A stretch of DNA of 36,754 nt from Methanotrichaceae archaeon (GTDB taxonomy: Archaea > Halobacteriota > Methanosarcinia > Methanotrichales > Methanotrichaceae): positions 1-36,754 of the forward strand of contig CAVWIG010000034.1 in assembly GCA_963754945.1 (NCBI GenBank). Reading direction: 5' to 3'. The notes under the pieces were generated by a model. It was given only the letters and a program-made list of their open reading frames with translations. It was not told the origin of the DNA and ran no database searches. Shown here piece after piece: positions 18,231 to 28,003 of the stretch. Within the stretch, counting starts at the first letter, position 1. Every line of letters begins with the position of its first letter. The translations under genes were made by a program, and so were the position numbers.

Positions 18231-18669
18231 CCTGCTCTGTCCCCATGTCGTACTTGGAGAGGACAGATTGGATCTTGGCCATCTCCTGATCAATCTTATT
18301 GAGCATCTCGCTCATCTTCTTGCCCGCTTCAGCCACCTCGGCCTTCCTGGCCTTCAGGGATTCATTAGCTTCTGCGGCAGGCTTCTCGATGCTCACTCCG
18401 GCACCGACGTTCAAAACGACCCTCTCTTTGGTGGCGAGCTTGGCGTAGACGAAAGAGCCGGACCCTATCGGCACCAGCATCGGTTGTCCCTCTGGAGCGG
18501 AATCCAGGGCCTCGACTGCCTGGATGGCGCTGTCAAGCCCATGAAGCGTCATCTGGGTCAGGCTCAACTGCTGAGCTATCGCCTCCGCTTGAGCCTGGTA
18601 CTGCTGGTATGCCCCGACCAGACGCCTTATCTCTTCCTCGCCTCCAGCGGGAGAGGGGTCGCTACTCAA
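18223..18669 (-). CDS. pfdA: Prefoldin alpha subunit
   Basis: LVPIGSGSFV...VGAGVSIEK between coiled coils; conserved operon position. Confidence 0.93.
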   Translation of the reverse strand: MSSDPSPAGGEEEIRRLVGAYQQYQAQAEAIAQQLSLTQMTLHGLDSAIQAVEALDSAPEGQPMLVPIGSGSFVYAKLATKERVVLNVGAGVSIEKPAAEANESLKARKAEVAEAGKKMSEMLNKIDQEMAKIQSVLSKYDMGTEQVV

Positions 18670-18847
18670 CTGTCTTCACCCCGTCGATCTTGATGAGGTT
18701 CCTCTTTAAGCCGTGCTTGCTACCCATCAGGGAGTACGTCTTCTCGATGGCGTTCTTCTCGCTATGGCTCTCAACGACCTTGGTGAAAGGATTCCAATCT
18801 TTGCCTACAATGCCGCCCTTCAATCTTCCCTTGATCTCAAACATCAT
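18662..18847 (-). CDS. rpl18a: 50S ribosomal protein LX (L18Ae/eL20)
   Basis: FTKVV...EKTYSLMGSKHGLKRNLIKI. Confidence 0.92.
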   Translation of the reverse strand: MMFEIKGRLKGGIVGKDWNPFTKVVESHSEKNAIEKTYSLMGSKHGLKRNLIKIDGVKTVE

Positions 18848-18856
18848 ATTCGTTCC

Positions 18857-19528
18857 TCAATCCAAAAACCCTAAGGCATCCTCGATTCTGCCCATCTCAG
18901 GAGCGCTTGTCTCTTCCCCGGCGATGTACCCTTTGGAGTTGGCAAGCAAGCCCGAGCCTATCAGAGGCGAGCCGAAATTGACAGTCCCAACGTCAACCGG
19001 AAGACCGAACAGGTCGTCCAGCACCGCCAACTCGGTTTCCGACACTCTTGGATGAACCAGAAGGCCCTTATTGGTGACAAGGCCTGCCATCCCCACTGTC
19101 TTGAGGCCGCCTATGGTGCCCTGGACTACCTCTACCCCCAGAGTCTGGGACACAATCTCACAGGCCCTGCTGGAGAGTCCAGGATGCACTATTGCGGCGC
19201 TGTCGTTGGCCAGGATCACATTGCCCGCTGCGCTTATCTTTCCTGGAAGCCTGGCGGCCTTACCGTACGCGGACAGCCTCTGGATAGCCTCGTCGCTTGC
19301 CTGGGGATTTGTGACGAAACCAGTCGAATTTCCGCAGACCAGAGACCCCACGACCGAGCTGCCACTAATCGACGCCCGGACCACGACTACTTCCAGTTCT
19401 TCCTCCAATTGTCGCATGTTCTCTGGACCAACTTCCAAGGGAACCAAAGCGACCCTCTCCGTGCAACGCGCAAAAACCCCCACAAGAGAGGTCCCTGCAA
19501 TCCGCAGGCGCTTATTGCTCGCCGGCAA
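18857..19528 (-). CDS. eif6: Translation initiation factor 6 (aIF6)
   Basis: [23 protein letters not shown] and EMGRIEDAL motifs; probable TTG start overlapping L31e. Confidence 0.93.
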   Translation of the reverse strand: MPASNKRLRIAGTSLVGVFARCTERVALVPLEVGPENMRQLEEELEVVVVRASISGSSVVGSLVCGNSTGFVTNPQASDEAIQRLSAYGKAARLPGKISAAGNVILANDSAAIVHPGLSSRACEIVSQTLGVEVVQGTIGGLKTVGMAGLVTNKGLLVHPRVSETELAVLDDLFGLPVDVGTVNFGSPLIGSGLLANSKGYIAGEETSAPEMGRIEDALGFLD

Positions 19529-19778
19529 ACTCTGCCTCAACCCCGCCGTCTTCGAACTTGACTGCACGGACCCTGACCCTCAAAGGCGGCTTCTCGTCTC
19601 CTCTGGCCCAGATGACCTCATTCAGGCTACTATCGATCTTCACATTCTCTTCAGGGGTCTTCATGTGTCTGGATAAGTAGTTCCTTACCTCTTTCATGGC
19701 CCGATTGGACCTTCTCCACCTGGGAACGTGCTTTGTTATTCTAAGCGGGATTGTGTAAACTCGTTCTGTATCAGCCAT
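19512..19778 (-). CDS. rpl31e: 50S ribosomal protein L31e
   Basis: ERVYTIPLR...LNEVIWARG...RVRVRA. Confidence 0.95.
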   Translation of the reverse strand: MADTERVYTIPLRITKHVPRWRRSNRAMKEVRNYLSRHMKTPEENVKIDSSLNEVIWARGDEKPPLRVRVRAVKFEDGGVEAEFAGEQ

Positions 19779-19789
19779 TGTACTGCCAC

Positions 19790-19939
19790 CTACTCTAAAC
19801 TGCTTCTGCGCCAGTGACGTCTGTGCGGGTGCGAGACAACGTGCCTCAAGGTCTTGACTATAACCCAGCTTGGCACCCTACGATTCTGATTGAATGCCTT
19901 GGCAAGTCTGATCTTCTTGCCCTTTAATTTCTTGGACAA
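19790..19939 (-). CDS. rpl39e: 50S ribosomal protein L39e
   Basis: [19 protein letters not shown]...RRHWRRSSL; TTG start with GAGG upstream. Confidence 0.93.
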   Translation of the reverse strand: MSKKLKGKKIRLAKAFNQNRRVPSWVIVKTLRHVVSHPHRRHWRRSSLE

Positions 19940-20534
19940 ACCTCTTCCTCCGGATAACTCTGGTGTGCGTGTGGTCGCCAGGGAATATCCTGTCAACCTC
20001 TTTCTCTCCGTGCCTCTCTGCCAGGGCGTATCTCAGCCCAACCTCGAAGTCAGAGGCAGGATAATTCGTAGACAGCTCTTCCTCGAAGTCCAGGTAGCGT
20101 GACGCCATAGCTCTTATGGTCTTCCCGCCCAAGCCCGCCAGGGGCCGCAGATAGTGTACCTGCGTTCTGTCTTCGAGGCTGCGTATCTCACTGTAGCTCA
20201 TCTTCGGCGCGCGGTCGTCGCGCCTGGTTCCATCTGCCACAAACTCGCATTCTTGAGCTAAGGTCTCTATTGCAATGGAATGAACGTAGTTAAGGGCATC
20301 GTTGGGGTATCCCGTAGAGATCAGAATCTCCAGGGCTCTGTCCAGTGCGCCCTCTTCGAAGGCGATCCTCCTGTGAGGATGGCCTAGCTCTTGCGCTGCC
20401 TTCTCCGCCACCTTCCAGGCCGCGTCGTGACCAAAGGTGAAGGTGACCAGTTCGATCTCATCGAAGAATGGCTCCAGCAGCAGGGCGGAAAGACCGCTAT
20501 CCTTCCCGCCACTGAAAAGCACCGCGGTTTTCAT
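19878..20534 (-). CDS. PP-loop (adenine-nucleotide alpha hydrolase) family protein
   Basis: LFSGGKDS and DGTRRDD motifs; usual position in this archaeal operon. Confidence 0.85.
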   Translation of the reverse strand: MKTAVLFSGGKDSGLSALLLEPFFDEIELVTFTFGHDAAWKVAEKAAQELGHPHRRIAFEEGALDRALEILISTGYPNDALNYVHSIAIETLAQECEFVADGTRRDDRAPKMSYSEIRSLEDRTQVHYLRPLAGLGGKTIRAMASRYLDFEEELSTNYPASDFEVGLRYALAERHGEKEVDRIFPGDHTHTRVIRRKRFVQEIKGQEDQTCQGIQSES

Positions 20535-20546
20535 GGAAAAAGGGAC

Positions 20547-20888
20547 CTAAATTCTGGTGATCTTGATATCTCTCTTCTTAGGCTGAGCCTGCTTGAGGAT
20601 CGCCTTGAGCTGCTCATCGGTTATGGCGCTGCGCAGCCTGCCACTCTGGGCGAGCATGATGAGTTGGTTCTCGATCTGGGTCACGAACTCCGGCCTGGTC
20701 ATGCGAATGCTGCTCAGTCTCTCTCTCGCCTCGGGAGTGAGAATGGCCCTCATGACCGCTGCCTTCTTGGATTCCATCTCCTGTTGCGCCTGCTCCTGCT
20801 GAGCAGCGTACATCTGTGAGTCCGTCTGCTGCCGCTGAATCTGCTCAAGCTTCTTGCGTCTCAATTCTGCAAGCTCGTCATCCACCAT
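20547..20888 (-). CDS. PDCD5-like dsDNA-binding protein
   Basis: [12 protein letters not shown]...[10 protein letters not shown]...[10 protein letters not shown]. Confidence 0.92.
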   Translation of the reverse strand: MVDDELAELRRKKLEQIQRQQTDSQMYAAQQEQAQQEMESKKAAVMRAILTPEARERLSSIRMTRPEFVTQIENQLIMLAQSGRLRSAITDEQLKAILKQAQPKKRDIKITRI

Positions 20889-20892
20889 TGCT

Positions 20893-21342
20893 CTAATACC
20901 TCGCAAGCTCAGGAATCGATTCCTGTAGTTTGCCTTTGATCTGATGAGACATATTGTCCAGGAAAGCCTGGCCTTCGGGCGTCACCAGACGTCCTTTCTT
21001 CAGCTTCTTTAAGTATCCGGCCTTCTCCAGCTGCTGGAGGGCCTCTCTGGCTATTGAGCCGCTGCCCCTCGCAAAGTGCGGAGTTGCCACTGTTTTGCGG
21101 TGTTTGCCGCCGTAGTAGCTCCTAAGGCGGGACACTCCCACAGGCCCGTCGATGTAAACCCTGCGAAGCACGGATGCACATCGCACGTACCACCAGTCTG
21201 GATTGGTGGGTGGCATTTCCTTGTATACTCCAGTCTTCACGTACGCGGCCCACACAGGAGGCTGAATCATGCCTGCGGTCTTCAGCTCCTTTGCAACCGC
21301 ATCGATCAGCTCATTGGGCGGCACATCATAAACAGTTGTCAA
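20893..21342 (-). CDS. rps19e: 30S ribosomal protein S19e
   Basis: TTVYDVP, VKTG...[12 protein letters not shown] and GSGSIAR motifs; TTG start with GGAGG upstream. Confidence 0.96.
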   Translation of the reverse strand: MTTVYDVPPNELIDAVAKELKTAGMIQPPVWAAYVKTGVYKEMPPTNPDWWYVRCASVLRRVYIDGPVGVSRLRSYYGGKHRKTVATPHFARGSGSIAREALQQLEKAGYLKKLKKGRLVTPEGQAFLDNMSHQIKGKLQESIPELARY

Positions 21343-21538
21343 TTCTTCAATCCTCCAAGATGATAAGGACAAACCACAAACTTTACGCCAAAACAAGTAT
21401 AAATGCTTTTTCCGTGTAGCCACATTTGTGTGTAGCCATTTGGCTCTAGGACTTAGTCAATCGTGTGAAGTTTCTTGCTACGGAACGCTGGCCACTCGGC
21501 AAACAGCCCTGACATTCCGGCCTTTTGTCACCAAGGAC

Positions 21539-22723
21539 CTAAAGAAGGTCTCCCTCTTTATCTGCTATTCCCAGGACGTTCAGCAGCCCTAGGAGGTTCT
21601 CCCTGGATATGCTTCCGTCGGAGACTTTCTTGAGGATCTCCTTCGCGTTGAAGGCCACGCCCAGTCCAGCGTTCTGGATCATGAGGCAATCGTTGGCTCC
21701 GTCTCCTACGGCGACTACGTTCTCCGGGCTGATGTTCTCCAGGTCAGCCAGACGATTGACTATGCTGCCCTTGGCCTCTGCATCGATTACTTCCCCAGTG
21801 ATCTCGCCGGTTAAAACTCCATCCACGATCTCAAGCTGATTGGCAAAGGAATAGTCGAACCCCAGCCTTTCTTTGAGCACGTCTGTGAAGTAGGTGAAAC
21901 CGCCGCTGATGAGGGCAATCTTGTAGCCCATCTGCTTGAGGTGGTGAATCAGTTCCTCCGAGCCAGGGGTCAGCAGCAGATTTCTTGCGATCGTCTCCAG
22001 AGTCGAGATCGGAGTCCCCTCGAGCAGGCGAACTCTCTGGCGGAGCGACTGCTCGAAGTCCATCTCTCCCAACATAGCCCTTTCCGTTATGGACTTTACC
22101 TCCTCGTCCACACCAACGAAGCTGGCCAGCTTGTTGATGATCTCAAAGTCCACTATGGTCATGTCCATGTCGAATACTATCAATCTCTTATCTTTCCGTG
22201 ATGCGTCCAGGCTCTGGATGACCTCGTCTAATCCTAGTCTCTCGCAGCCCGCTCTAAGCTCATCCTTGCATTTCTCCACATCGCAGTCCGCAAAATCCAT
22301 GAGGAATTCGATGGAGATCAGCTCCCCCCTGGCTGTGACCGATGCCTTCTCTATGTTGATCTTATTCCTGGCTGCCAGGGTTGCAACATCCAGAACTATC
22401 CCAACCCGGTCCTTGGCCACAATGGTCACTACGTACAGGCTCTTCCTGGACCTCCGCCTTCCCCGGTACTGATCCATGGGCAGGAAGCTGAACTCGATGC
22501 CCAAAGAGGGTGCGACATTCTTGAAATATGCCTCCAGGTCCAACGGGGAGGAGTCCGCAGAAGCAAAGTCGGCAACCACCGACATGACGAAGATGCCTTG
22601 CATCACCCTTTGGTCAAGATCAACTATGTTGACCGATCTTGCCGCCGGCTCACTGAGGATGTCGCGTATTAGGCCGGGCCGATCCTTGCCAATGAAGGAT
22701 ATCACCCATAGATCGGAACTCAA
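21539..22723 (-). CDS. serB: Phosphoserine phosphatase with two N-terminal ACT domains
   Basis: GKDRPGL and AKDRVGI ACT motifs; HAD motifs FDMDMT, ISGGF and GDGAND. Confidence 0.93.
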   Translation of the reverse strand: MSSDLWVISFIGKDRPGLIRDILSEPAARSVNIVDLDQRVMQGIFVMSVVADFASADSSPLDLEAYFKNVAPSLGIEFSFLPMDQYRGRRRSRKSLYVVTIVAKDRVGIVLDVATLAARNKINIEKASVTARGELISIEFLMDFADCDVEKCKDELRAGCERLGLDEVIQSLDASRKDKRLIVFDMDMTIVDFEIINKLASFVGVDEEVKSITERAMLGEMDFEQSLRQRVRLLEGTPISTLETIARNLLLTPGSEELIHHLKQMGYKIALISGGFTYFTDVLKERLGFDYSFANQLEIVDGVLTGEITGEVIDAEAKGSIVNRLADLENISPENVVAVGDGANDCLMIQNAGLGVAFNAKEILKKVSDGSISRENLLGLLNVLGIADKEGDLL

Positions 22724-22850
22724 TAGGCTAGCCTCCCCGTCCAGTGGTTGTGTTGCTCTTCACCGCTAACCCGTGAGCATCCCAGACTAAATACTTTTTC
22801 AACCATTGCACGCTACAACCTTTTTATATATCGATTCTCAATCAGAACAC

Positions 22851-25058
22851 ATGGATCGGGAGAAGAGATCTGAGCCATTAGAGTTGCTGGGCATCTTCCT
22901 TTTGGGCCTGGTGCTGAGGCTGTACGCTGGAAGAAACACCCTTCAGGGCGGAAACGTGCTGCCCGTGGGCTACGATGAGTTCTACCACATGCGCCGAATT
23001 CTATATACCGTGGCCCATTTTCCAAACACCCTCTGGTTCGATTCTTACCTCGATTATCCCCACGGCATGAACATCACGTGGCCCCCGTTCTTCGATCAGC
23101 TTATGGCCGCTGTCTCCTTGGCTCTTGGCCAGCATTCCCGAACCGGCATCGAAATGGTCTCGGCTACCATGCCCACCATTCTCGGATCGATAGCCATCGT
23201 AGTTGTCTACTACCTGGTCAAAGAAATCTTCGACCGCAAGGTGGCCCTGATGTCCGCCTTCATGACTGCTCTCGCTCCTTACTACCTACAGAAATCCATG
23301 CTAGGGGAGACAGGTCACCATTGGTTGGTAGAACTCTGGTTTATGCTTGCAGTGATGTTCATGATTCTTGCCCTTTCCAGAAAGGATAATAGGTACCTCT
23401 TCGCAGCAGCTGCCGGGGTTGCTATGATCGGAGAGGCCTACACATGGCTAGGGTCTTCGGCATACTTCGGCGTCTTTTTGATTTATGCCCTTATTCAAAT
23501 GACCCTCGATCTCAAGGATGGAAAATCTTCAACCAATACTGTAAAAACGATGCTGCTGCCTTTTGGATTGACCTTAGCTTTTACCCTGCCTTTCTGGAAT
23601 GCATCATGGCTCTTTCCAACTTTCTTTGGAGCAGCAGCCATAACTGCAGCGATGATCGTTTTGTTTGGTGTATCAAGATTTATGTTAGAAAGAAGAGTCT
23701 CGTGGGTTGCATTTCCAGCAGCTATCGTGCTAATTGCAGGGGCTTTCATTGTTCTAGCCGAAACTTTAGGCAGCATCTGGATCTTCTCCAAAGTGAATCT
23801 GATAATCGTAACTGGAGGGGATTATCTAATGGGCGGCCAGATGATTGGAAAGATCTCAGAAGCAGAACCTCTTTTTGCAAGACCGGAGATCTTCTTCTCC
23901 AACTTCATCTTCTCCAACCTGGGCTGGAACCTTATCTTTTCTACCGTCGGATTAGTAGTGCTGATCGGCTATTTGTTGAACTCAAAACTCAATGATGAAA
24001 AGAATGAAGCCCAACTGTTATTCCTTGTCTTCGTCGTCTACACTATGATCCTCACAGTCGGACAGATCAGATTCCTGGAACTCTCCTCGATCTCAATGGG
24101 GATACTGATTAGCATCCTATTCTTTCGGGCAGCAGATTTTGTTTCCCAGAAGGCAGCGAATCTGGGTCAGCTTCCAAGGCTCTCCATCATAGCACTGCTG
24201 TTTATTCTTCTAGTTTTACCGACGACATTTGAGGCCATAGGCATTACGGACGCAACGCCTCAGATCGCTGGCGACTGGTACAATACGCTCAACTGGCTGG
24301 AGAAGAACAGCAATACTACGAGCTATTACGACAATCCTGATAAGACCCCGGAGTACAGTGTGCTGAGCTGGTGGGATTATGGGAACTGGATCCTTTACCA
24401 GGCCAAGAGGCCTGTTGTATCAAACAACTTCCAGACGGGAATAGAAGACGCCTCGAAGTTCTATCTATCGGAGGACGAGAAGACTGCCACGGATGTACTG
24501 GACGCGAGACGGACCAAATACGTCATTACCGATTACGATATGCTCTACGGCAAGCTTCCTGCTATAGCTCTCTGGGCAAACAAGGACCCTTCCGAATATC
24601 AGAGCACTCAGGACCTAGGGAATTATTTGGCTGTAGTGCCAACTAAGAAACTGTACCAGACCACCCTAGCCCTATTGCACTTCATCGATGGCAGCAGCCT
24701 GGGCCATTTCAGGTTGATCTATGAATCGGACACGATCGTTGGCCAGAACCCTCCCACCAGCAGTTTGAAAATCTTCGAGTACGTGCCGGGGGCGTTGATA
24801 AGGGTACTGAATGCTCCTGGAGAGAAGGTTGTTGCTTTATTGAACATGACGTCCAACCAGGGAAGGAAATTCATTTACGTCAATGAAGGAACATCGGAAG
24901 TAAGGGTGCCATATTCCACCGAGAAAAGGTATGGGACTTATGCTGTAACGCCATATCTGGTTGTCTCGGGCAATAATTCAACCGAAATAAAGAGGCAGAA
25001 TATCGATGTCACAGAGGATGATGTACTCAATGGCAAAGTTTTAGAGGTGAACATTTGA
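22851..25058 (+). CDS. aglB: Oligosaccharyltransferase AglB (STT3 family)
   Basis: DEFYHMRR, YPHG, ISEAEP, WWDYG and SNNFQ motifs; multi-TM N-terminal part; TTTATATA upstream of ATG 22851. Confidence 0.94.
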   Translation: MDREKRSEPLELLGIFLLGLVLRLYAGRNTLQGGNVLPVGYDEFYHMRRILYTVAHFPNTLWFDSYLDYPHGMNITWPPFFDQLMAAVSLALGQHSRTGIEMVSATMPTILGSIAIVVVYYLVKEIFDRKVALMSAFMTALAPYYLQKSMLGETGHHWLVELWFMLAVMFMILALSRKDNRYLFAAAAGVAMIGEAYTWLGSSAYFGVFLIYALIQMTLDLKDGKSSTNTVKTMLLPFGLTLAFTLPFWNASWLFPTFFGAAAITAAMIVLFGVSRFMLERRVSWVAFPAAIVLIAGAFIVLAETLGSIWIFSKVNLIIVTGGDYLMGGQMIGKISEAEPLFARPEIFFSNFIFSNLGWNLIFSTVGLVVLIGYLLNSKLNDEKNEAQLLFLVFVVYTMILTVGQIRFLELSSISMGILISILFFRAADFVSQKAANLGQLPRLSIIALLFILLVLPTTFEAIGITDATPQIAGDWYNTLNWLEKNSNTTSYYDNPDKTPEYSVLSWWDYGNWILYQAKRPVVSNNFQTGIEDASKFYLSEDEKTATDVLDARRTKYVITDYDMLYGKLPAIALWANKDPSEYQSTQDLGNYLAVVPTKKLYQTTLALLHFIDGSSLGHFRLIYESDTIVGQNPPTSSLKIFEYVPGALIRVLNAPGEKVVALLNMTSNQGRKFIYVNEGTSEVRVPYSTEKRYGTYAVTPYLVVSGNNSTEIKRQNIDVTEDDVLNGKVLEVNI

Positions 25059-25199
25059 AGACGAAAAGGTGTCGCCGACAACTCCACCTGCCGTGACTTT
25101 TGCGGGCATCAAATCGATATCATTCTTCAAAATGTAGAATCCTTTTGCCTCTATAAAGGGAAAGACACTCCTCCCAGGAGAATTCGCCTTGATATTGGT

Positions 25200-26484
25200 G
25201 AGGGTTTCGATTTAGTGTTGGTTAATGAAGCCTTAAATTCTTGCGTTAATATTTTCAATCTTTATAGTGGTTTTTTAGCATATTTCACCCCTAAATTGGC
25301 TTATTAGATTTCAATTTACCTTGTTGTTTCTAATTTTTGCGCTTTTTTAGAGAGCTTCCGCTAGGCTGTTTGTTTATGCACTAAATATTTCAACTGTTCC
25401 AGGTTGTAAACGACCGAATTCATCATGAATTTTACTCCAGCTCTTGCGACAGTTGTTACATAAACATGTGCTCCCTTATGCCCCCGCTTCATAACAGCGA
25501 AGCATCTTTCGATGTGCGATCGCGTTTTACTGATTCTCTTATTCCTCAGAAGATCTATGATTCCAAGCTTGTGACCTCTTGTAGCTTTTTTCATGGCTGC
25601 ATCATATCCTCGAGTTTTTGCACCATCATATCCCTTATCGGCGTAACGTGGTAGCCCTTCAATTCCAAGATCTACCTGACTATCGTGTACAGAAGCAGTT
25701 GTAGTCTCAAAATATCTGATAAGGTGGTAATTGGTATCGATTGAGATATGACCTTTATATCCGAAAAAGGATTTGACACCCTTTTTTGCCCAACTTCCCT
25801 CATTTATTGGCTCTTCTTCGAGTCTCTGTGGTTTGGCCTTGTCATCAATAATATTATTTGAAATACCAATTAGCTCTTTATCAAACTCCTGATTCAGGCT
25901 CGTACTGGTGGCTTCGGAATCTTGACCTTCCTTTTTGTCCCCGCCTTGCTCGTCTTTCTTGTTCCTCTTCCGACCTGGGTCCGAAGTTATGAAGGTTGCA
26001 TCCTGGATAGTGCCATTCTTTACAGTAAACCCCATCTCATCGAGCTGCCTTTGAAGCTCATTCCAAAGATCATCGTATACGTCGCACTTAATCAAACGTT
26101 CACGGAATAGCCAAACTGTGCTGAAATCAGGAATTACTTCAGTGGTGCCAAGGAAAATACGAAAAGAGATCCTATCCGCAACCTGTCGCTCCAGTTCTGG
26201 ATCTGTTAGACCAAACCAATGCTGAATTACGAGAGCTTTCACCATAATCACGATGTCAATGTTCGGACGACCTCCGCGGCTAGTTTTATTTTTGTATATC
26301 AATGGTTCCAAAAATCTGAAACGCTCCCAATTGATCAACGATCCGATCTCGGATAGATCATCTCCGAGGGCTTTTACTCGAGCATATTCTGCTCGAATGG
26401 CAAAATCAATGAGAGTCCTCATGCATTATATTATAGTATTAATAGTATATAAGTATTTCGATTGATTAGTTTTTCGAAACTCTC
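25200..26484 (-). mobile_element. IS5-family IS (second lineage)
   Basis: IR GAGGGTTTCGA / GAGAGTTTCGA; flanks TGGT/AAGT do not match; truncates the ORF on its right. Confidence 0.85.
25361..26422 (-). CDS. IS5-family transposase
   Basis: GGRP, DRISF, PDFSTVWLFRE, QDATFI, FGYKGH, ADKGY and RSHIER motifs. Confidence 0.93.
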   Translation of the reverse strand: MRTLIDFAIRAEYARVKALGDDLSEIGSLINWERFRFLEPLIYKNKTSRGGRPNIDIVIMVKALVIQHWFGLTDPELERQVADRISFRIFLGTTEVIPDFSTVWLFRERLIKCDVYDDLWNELQRQLDEMGFTVKNGTIQDATFITSDPGRKRNKKDEQGGDKKEGQDSEATSTSLNQEFDKELIGISNNIIDDKAKPQRLEEEPINEGSWAKKGVKSFFGYKGHISIDTNYHLIRYFETTTASVHDSQVDLGIEGLPRYADKGYDGAKTRGYDAAMKKATRGHKLGIIDLLRNKRISKTRSHIERCFAVMKRGHKGAHVYVTTVARAGVKFMMNSVVYNLEQLKYLVHKQTA

Positions 26485-26725
26485 AAGTGTTTATCGCCGT
26501 TTGGTTGCCTGCAAATATGGATTGTATAAACTGATTGTATTGATTAATCGCTTGGTTATATCGTGCCGCGTCGAGCGTCCCATCGTACGATTGTTGATAA
26601 GATCTGCCCATTGAAAAGCCTGCTTGGATGCCAGCCTGTACGCCCTTCTGGTAATCAGTTAATTCCGCCATTGCTGGTATGGCAAACATTACCAATACCA
26701 TGACTGCCAACATTCTCCTTTTCAT
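26485..26725 (-). pseudogene. Secreted protein (signal peptide) C-terminally truncated by IS5
   Basis: MKRRMLAVMVLVMFAIPAMA; the TGA stop is formed at the IS junction. Confidence 0.7.
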
Positions 26726-27033
26726 ATTCTCACCTGAGATAGTCCATAGTCCATGTTTTCAAAGCCTTGAATGATACGCAACGACTCAATGGTATATCAA
26801 GAGGTTAGACATCTATGAAGAAGATTGAATAAAATTTGGATGTTATTATAATAGAATTAGATTCGAATAATCGCGTAAGTGCGCACTTGTTCGCTATGGT
26901 GTGAGGGAGTGACTCACACCCTCCCTCTCACCCACAGAGTGAGACCACAGTCACGTTTCTTGGCAATTCCGTGGCTGTTCAATCACTCAGAAAATGGCAT
27001 CTAGCCGCGATTGTTGCGTTCGCAGCATCCTGA

Positions 27034-27171
27034 TTATTTTCTCTTTTCAGCTTCTTCGATGATCGCAAGCCGCGCCTTGTTTACGTCTCGAAGACCATTT
27101 AAAACGCTAAGCGCAAGTTCAATCTCTCGGATGTCCTCGGCGATGGCGGCTTTGAAATCGATTATGGGCAT
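27034..27171 (-). CDS. 45-aa small helical protein (MPIIDFKAAIAEDIREIELALSVLNGLRDVNKARLAIIEEAEKRK)
   Basis: GGAGG upstream; overlapped by a 32-aa ORF at 27162-27260; not in the ORF track. Confidence 0.55.
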   Translation of the reverse strand: MPIIDFKAAIAEDIREIELALSVLNGLRDVNKARLAIIEEAEKRK

Positions 27172-27361
27172 GGTTCAACAACCTCCAACGCGCCTACTCT
27201 GCACACTACCATACCCACGATTTTCGCGCCGTCAACCTTTGTTTCTTCTTCCGGTGTCATTTTCTGTTCGCCTTACACTACACACTTACATAAGGTATAA
27301 ATAGGTTACGCCCTTTAGGTATGCGTATACTAAGAAAGAATAGATAAGGTATGGTGGTTCA

Positions 27362-27499
27362 ATGGAAAACATGAAGCGTCTATCGATAGTGATATCCGAT
27401 GAAGCCTTCCAGATATTGAAAAGCTACCAAGAAACAAAGAAGATTAGTACTCGCGATGAGGCTGTTGATACATTCTTAAAAGAACATAAAGAGGCTTAG
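27362..27499 (+). CDS. 45-aa RHH-like DNA-binding protein (MENMKRLSIVISDEAFQILKSYQETKKISTRDEAVDTFLKEHKEA)
   Basis: KRLSIVISDE strand followed by two helices; GGTGG upstream; divergent from the small ORFs. Confidence 0.6.
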   Translation: MENMKRLSIVISDEAFQILKSYQETKKISTRDEAVDTFLKEHKEA

Positions 27500-27650
27500 G
27501 CGCTTGGAACAACACGGAAAAATGGACGACACTTATAAGGATGTGATTATAAAATACTAGGCGAAGTGGAGAATAAGGGTGCGTAACACCTTTTTTGTGC
27601 TACGCCGCCAATCCAAGCCATTCACTCACAACCATTTTAAAAAATATAGC

Positions 27651-27862
27651 ATGGTAAATGTAGGGCTATCGAAGTCAAGCTAACCCAAGGACGGACCACG
27701 ATCGTTGATGACGAAGTGGAAGCAGCTCGAGCTGTTGACAGAGCTGCCATCAAATATTTTGGAGTAGAGGAAGCTATCCCTAGATTGAACTTCCCGGTTC
27801 AAGATTACATTGCCACATCGATGGTCGGTCGAACAGTGAGAGATGTATTGTCGTACACTTGA
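27651..27862 (+). pseudogene. Internally deleted HNH-AP2 type endonuclease remnant
   Basis: Frame from 27665 reads AIEVKLTQGRTTIVDDE fused to VEAARAVDRAAIKYFG...RLNFP; no in-frame start (ATG 27651 is out of frame). Confidence 0.7.
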
Positions 27863-28003
27863 GTGTCTTTTTTTATGTCTTTAAAAAGTCATCACAACAA
27901 TTTCAACTTTTGATACTAAGGGAACGATGCTCATGTCGCGAGTAAGCTTATGTCTCAGCGAGCGAGAGTTTATTTCGGTGAAAAGACCTTAGCACGCTCC
28001 AGG

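Noticed and set aside
25059-25199. Possible C-terminal remainder of the gene truncated at 26485
   Set aside because: No matching target duplication and no convincing continuation in any minus-strand frame
27011-27304. 97-aa plus-strand ORF
   Set aside because: Antisense to two small minus-strand ORFs, one of which has a GGAGG RBS
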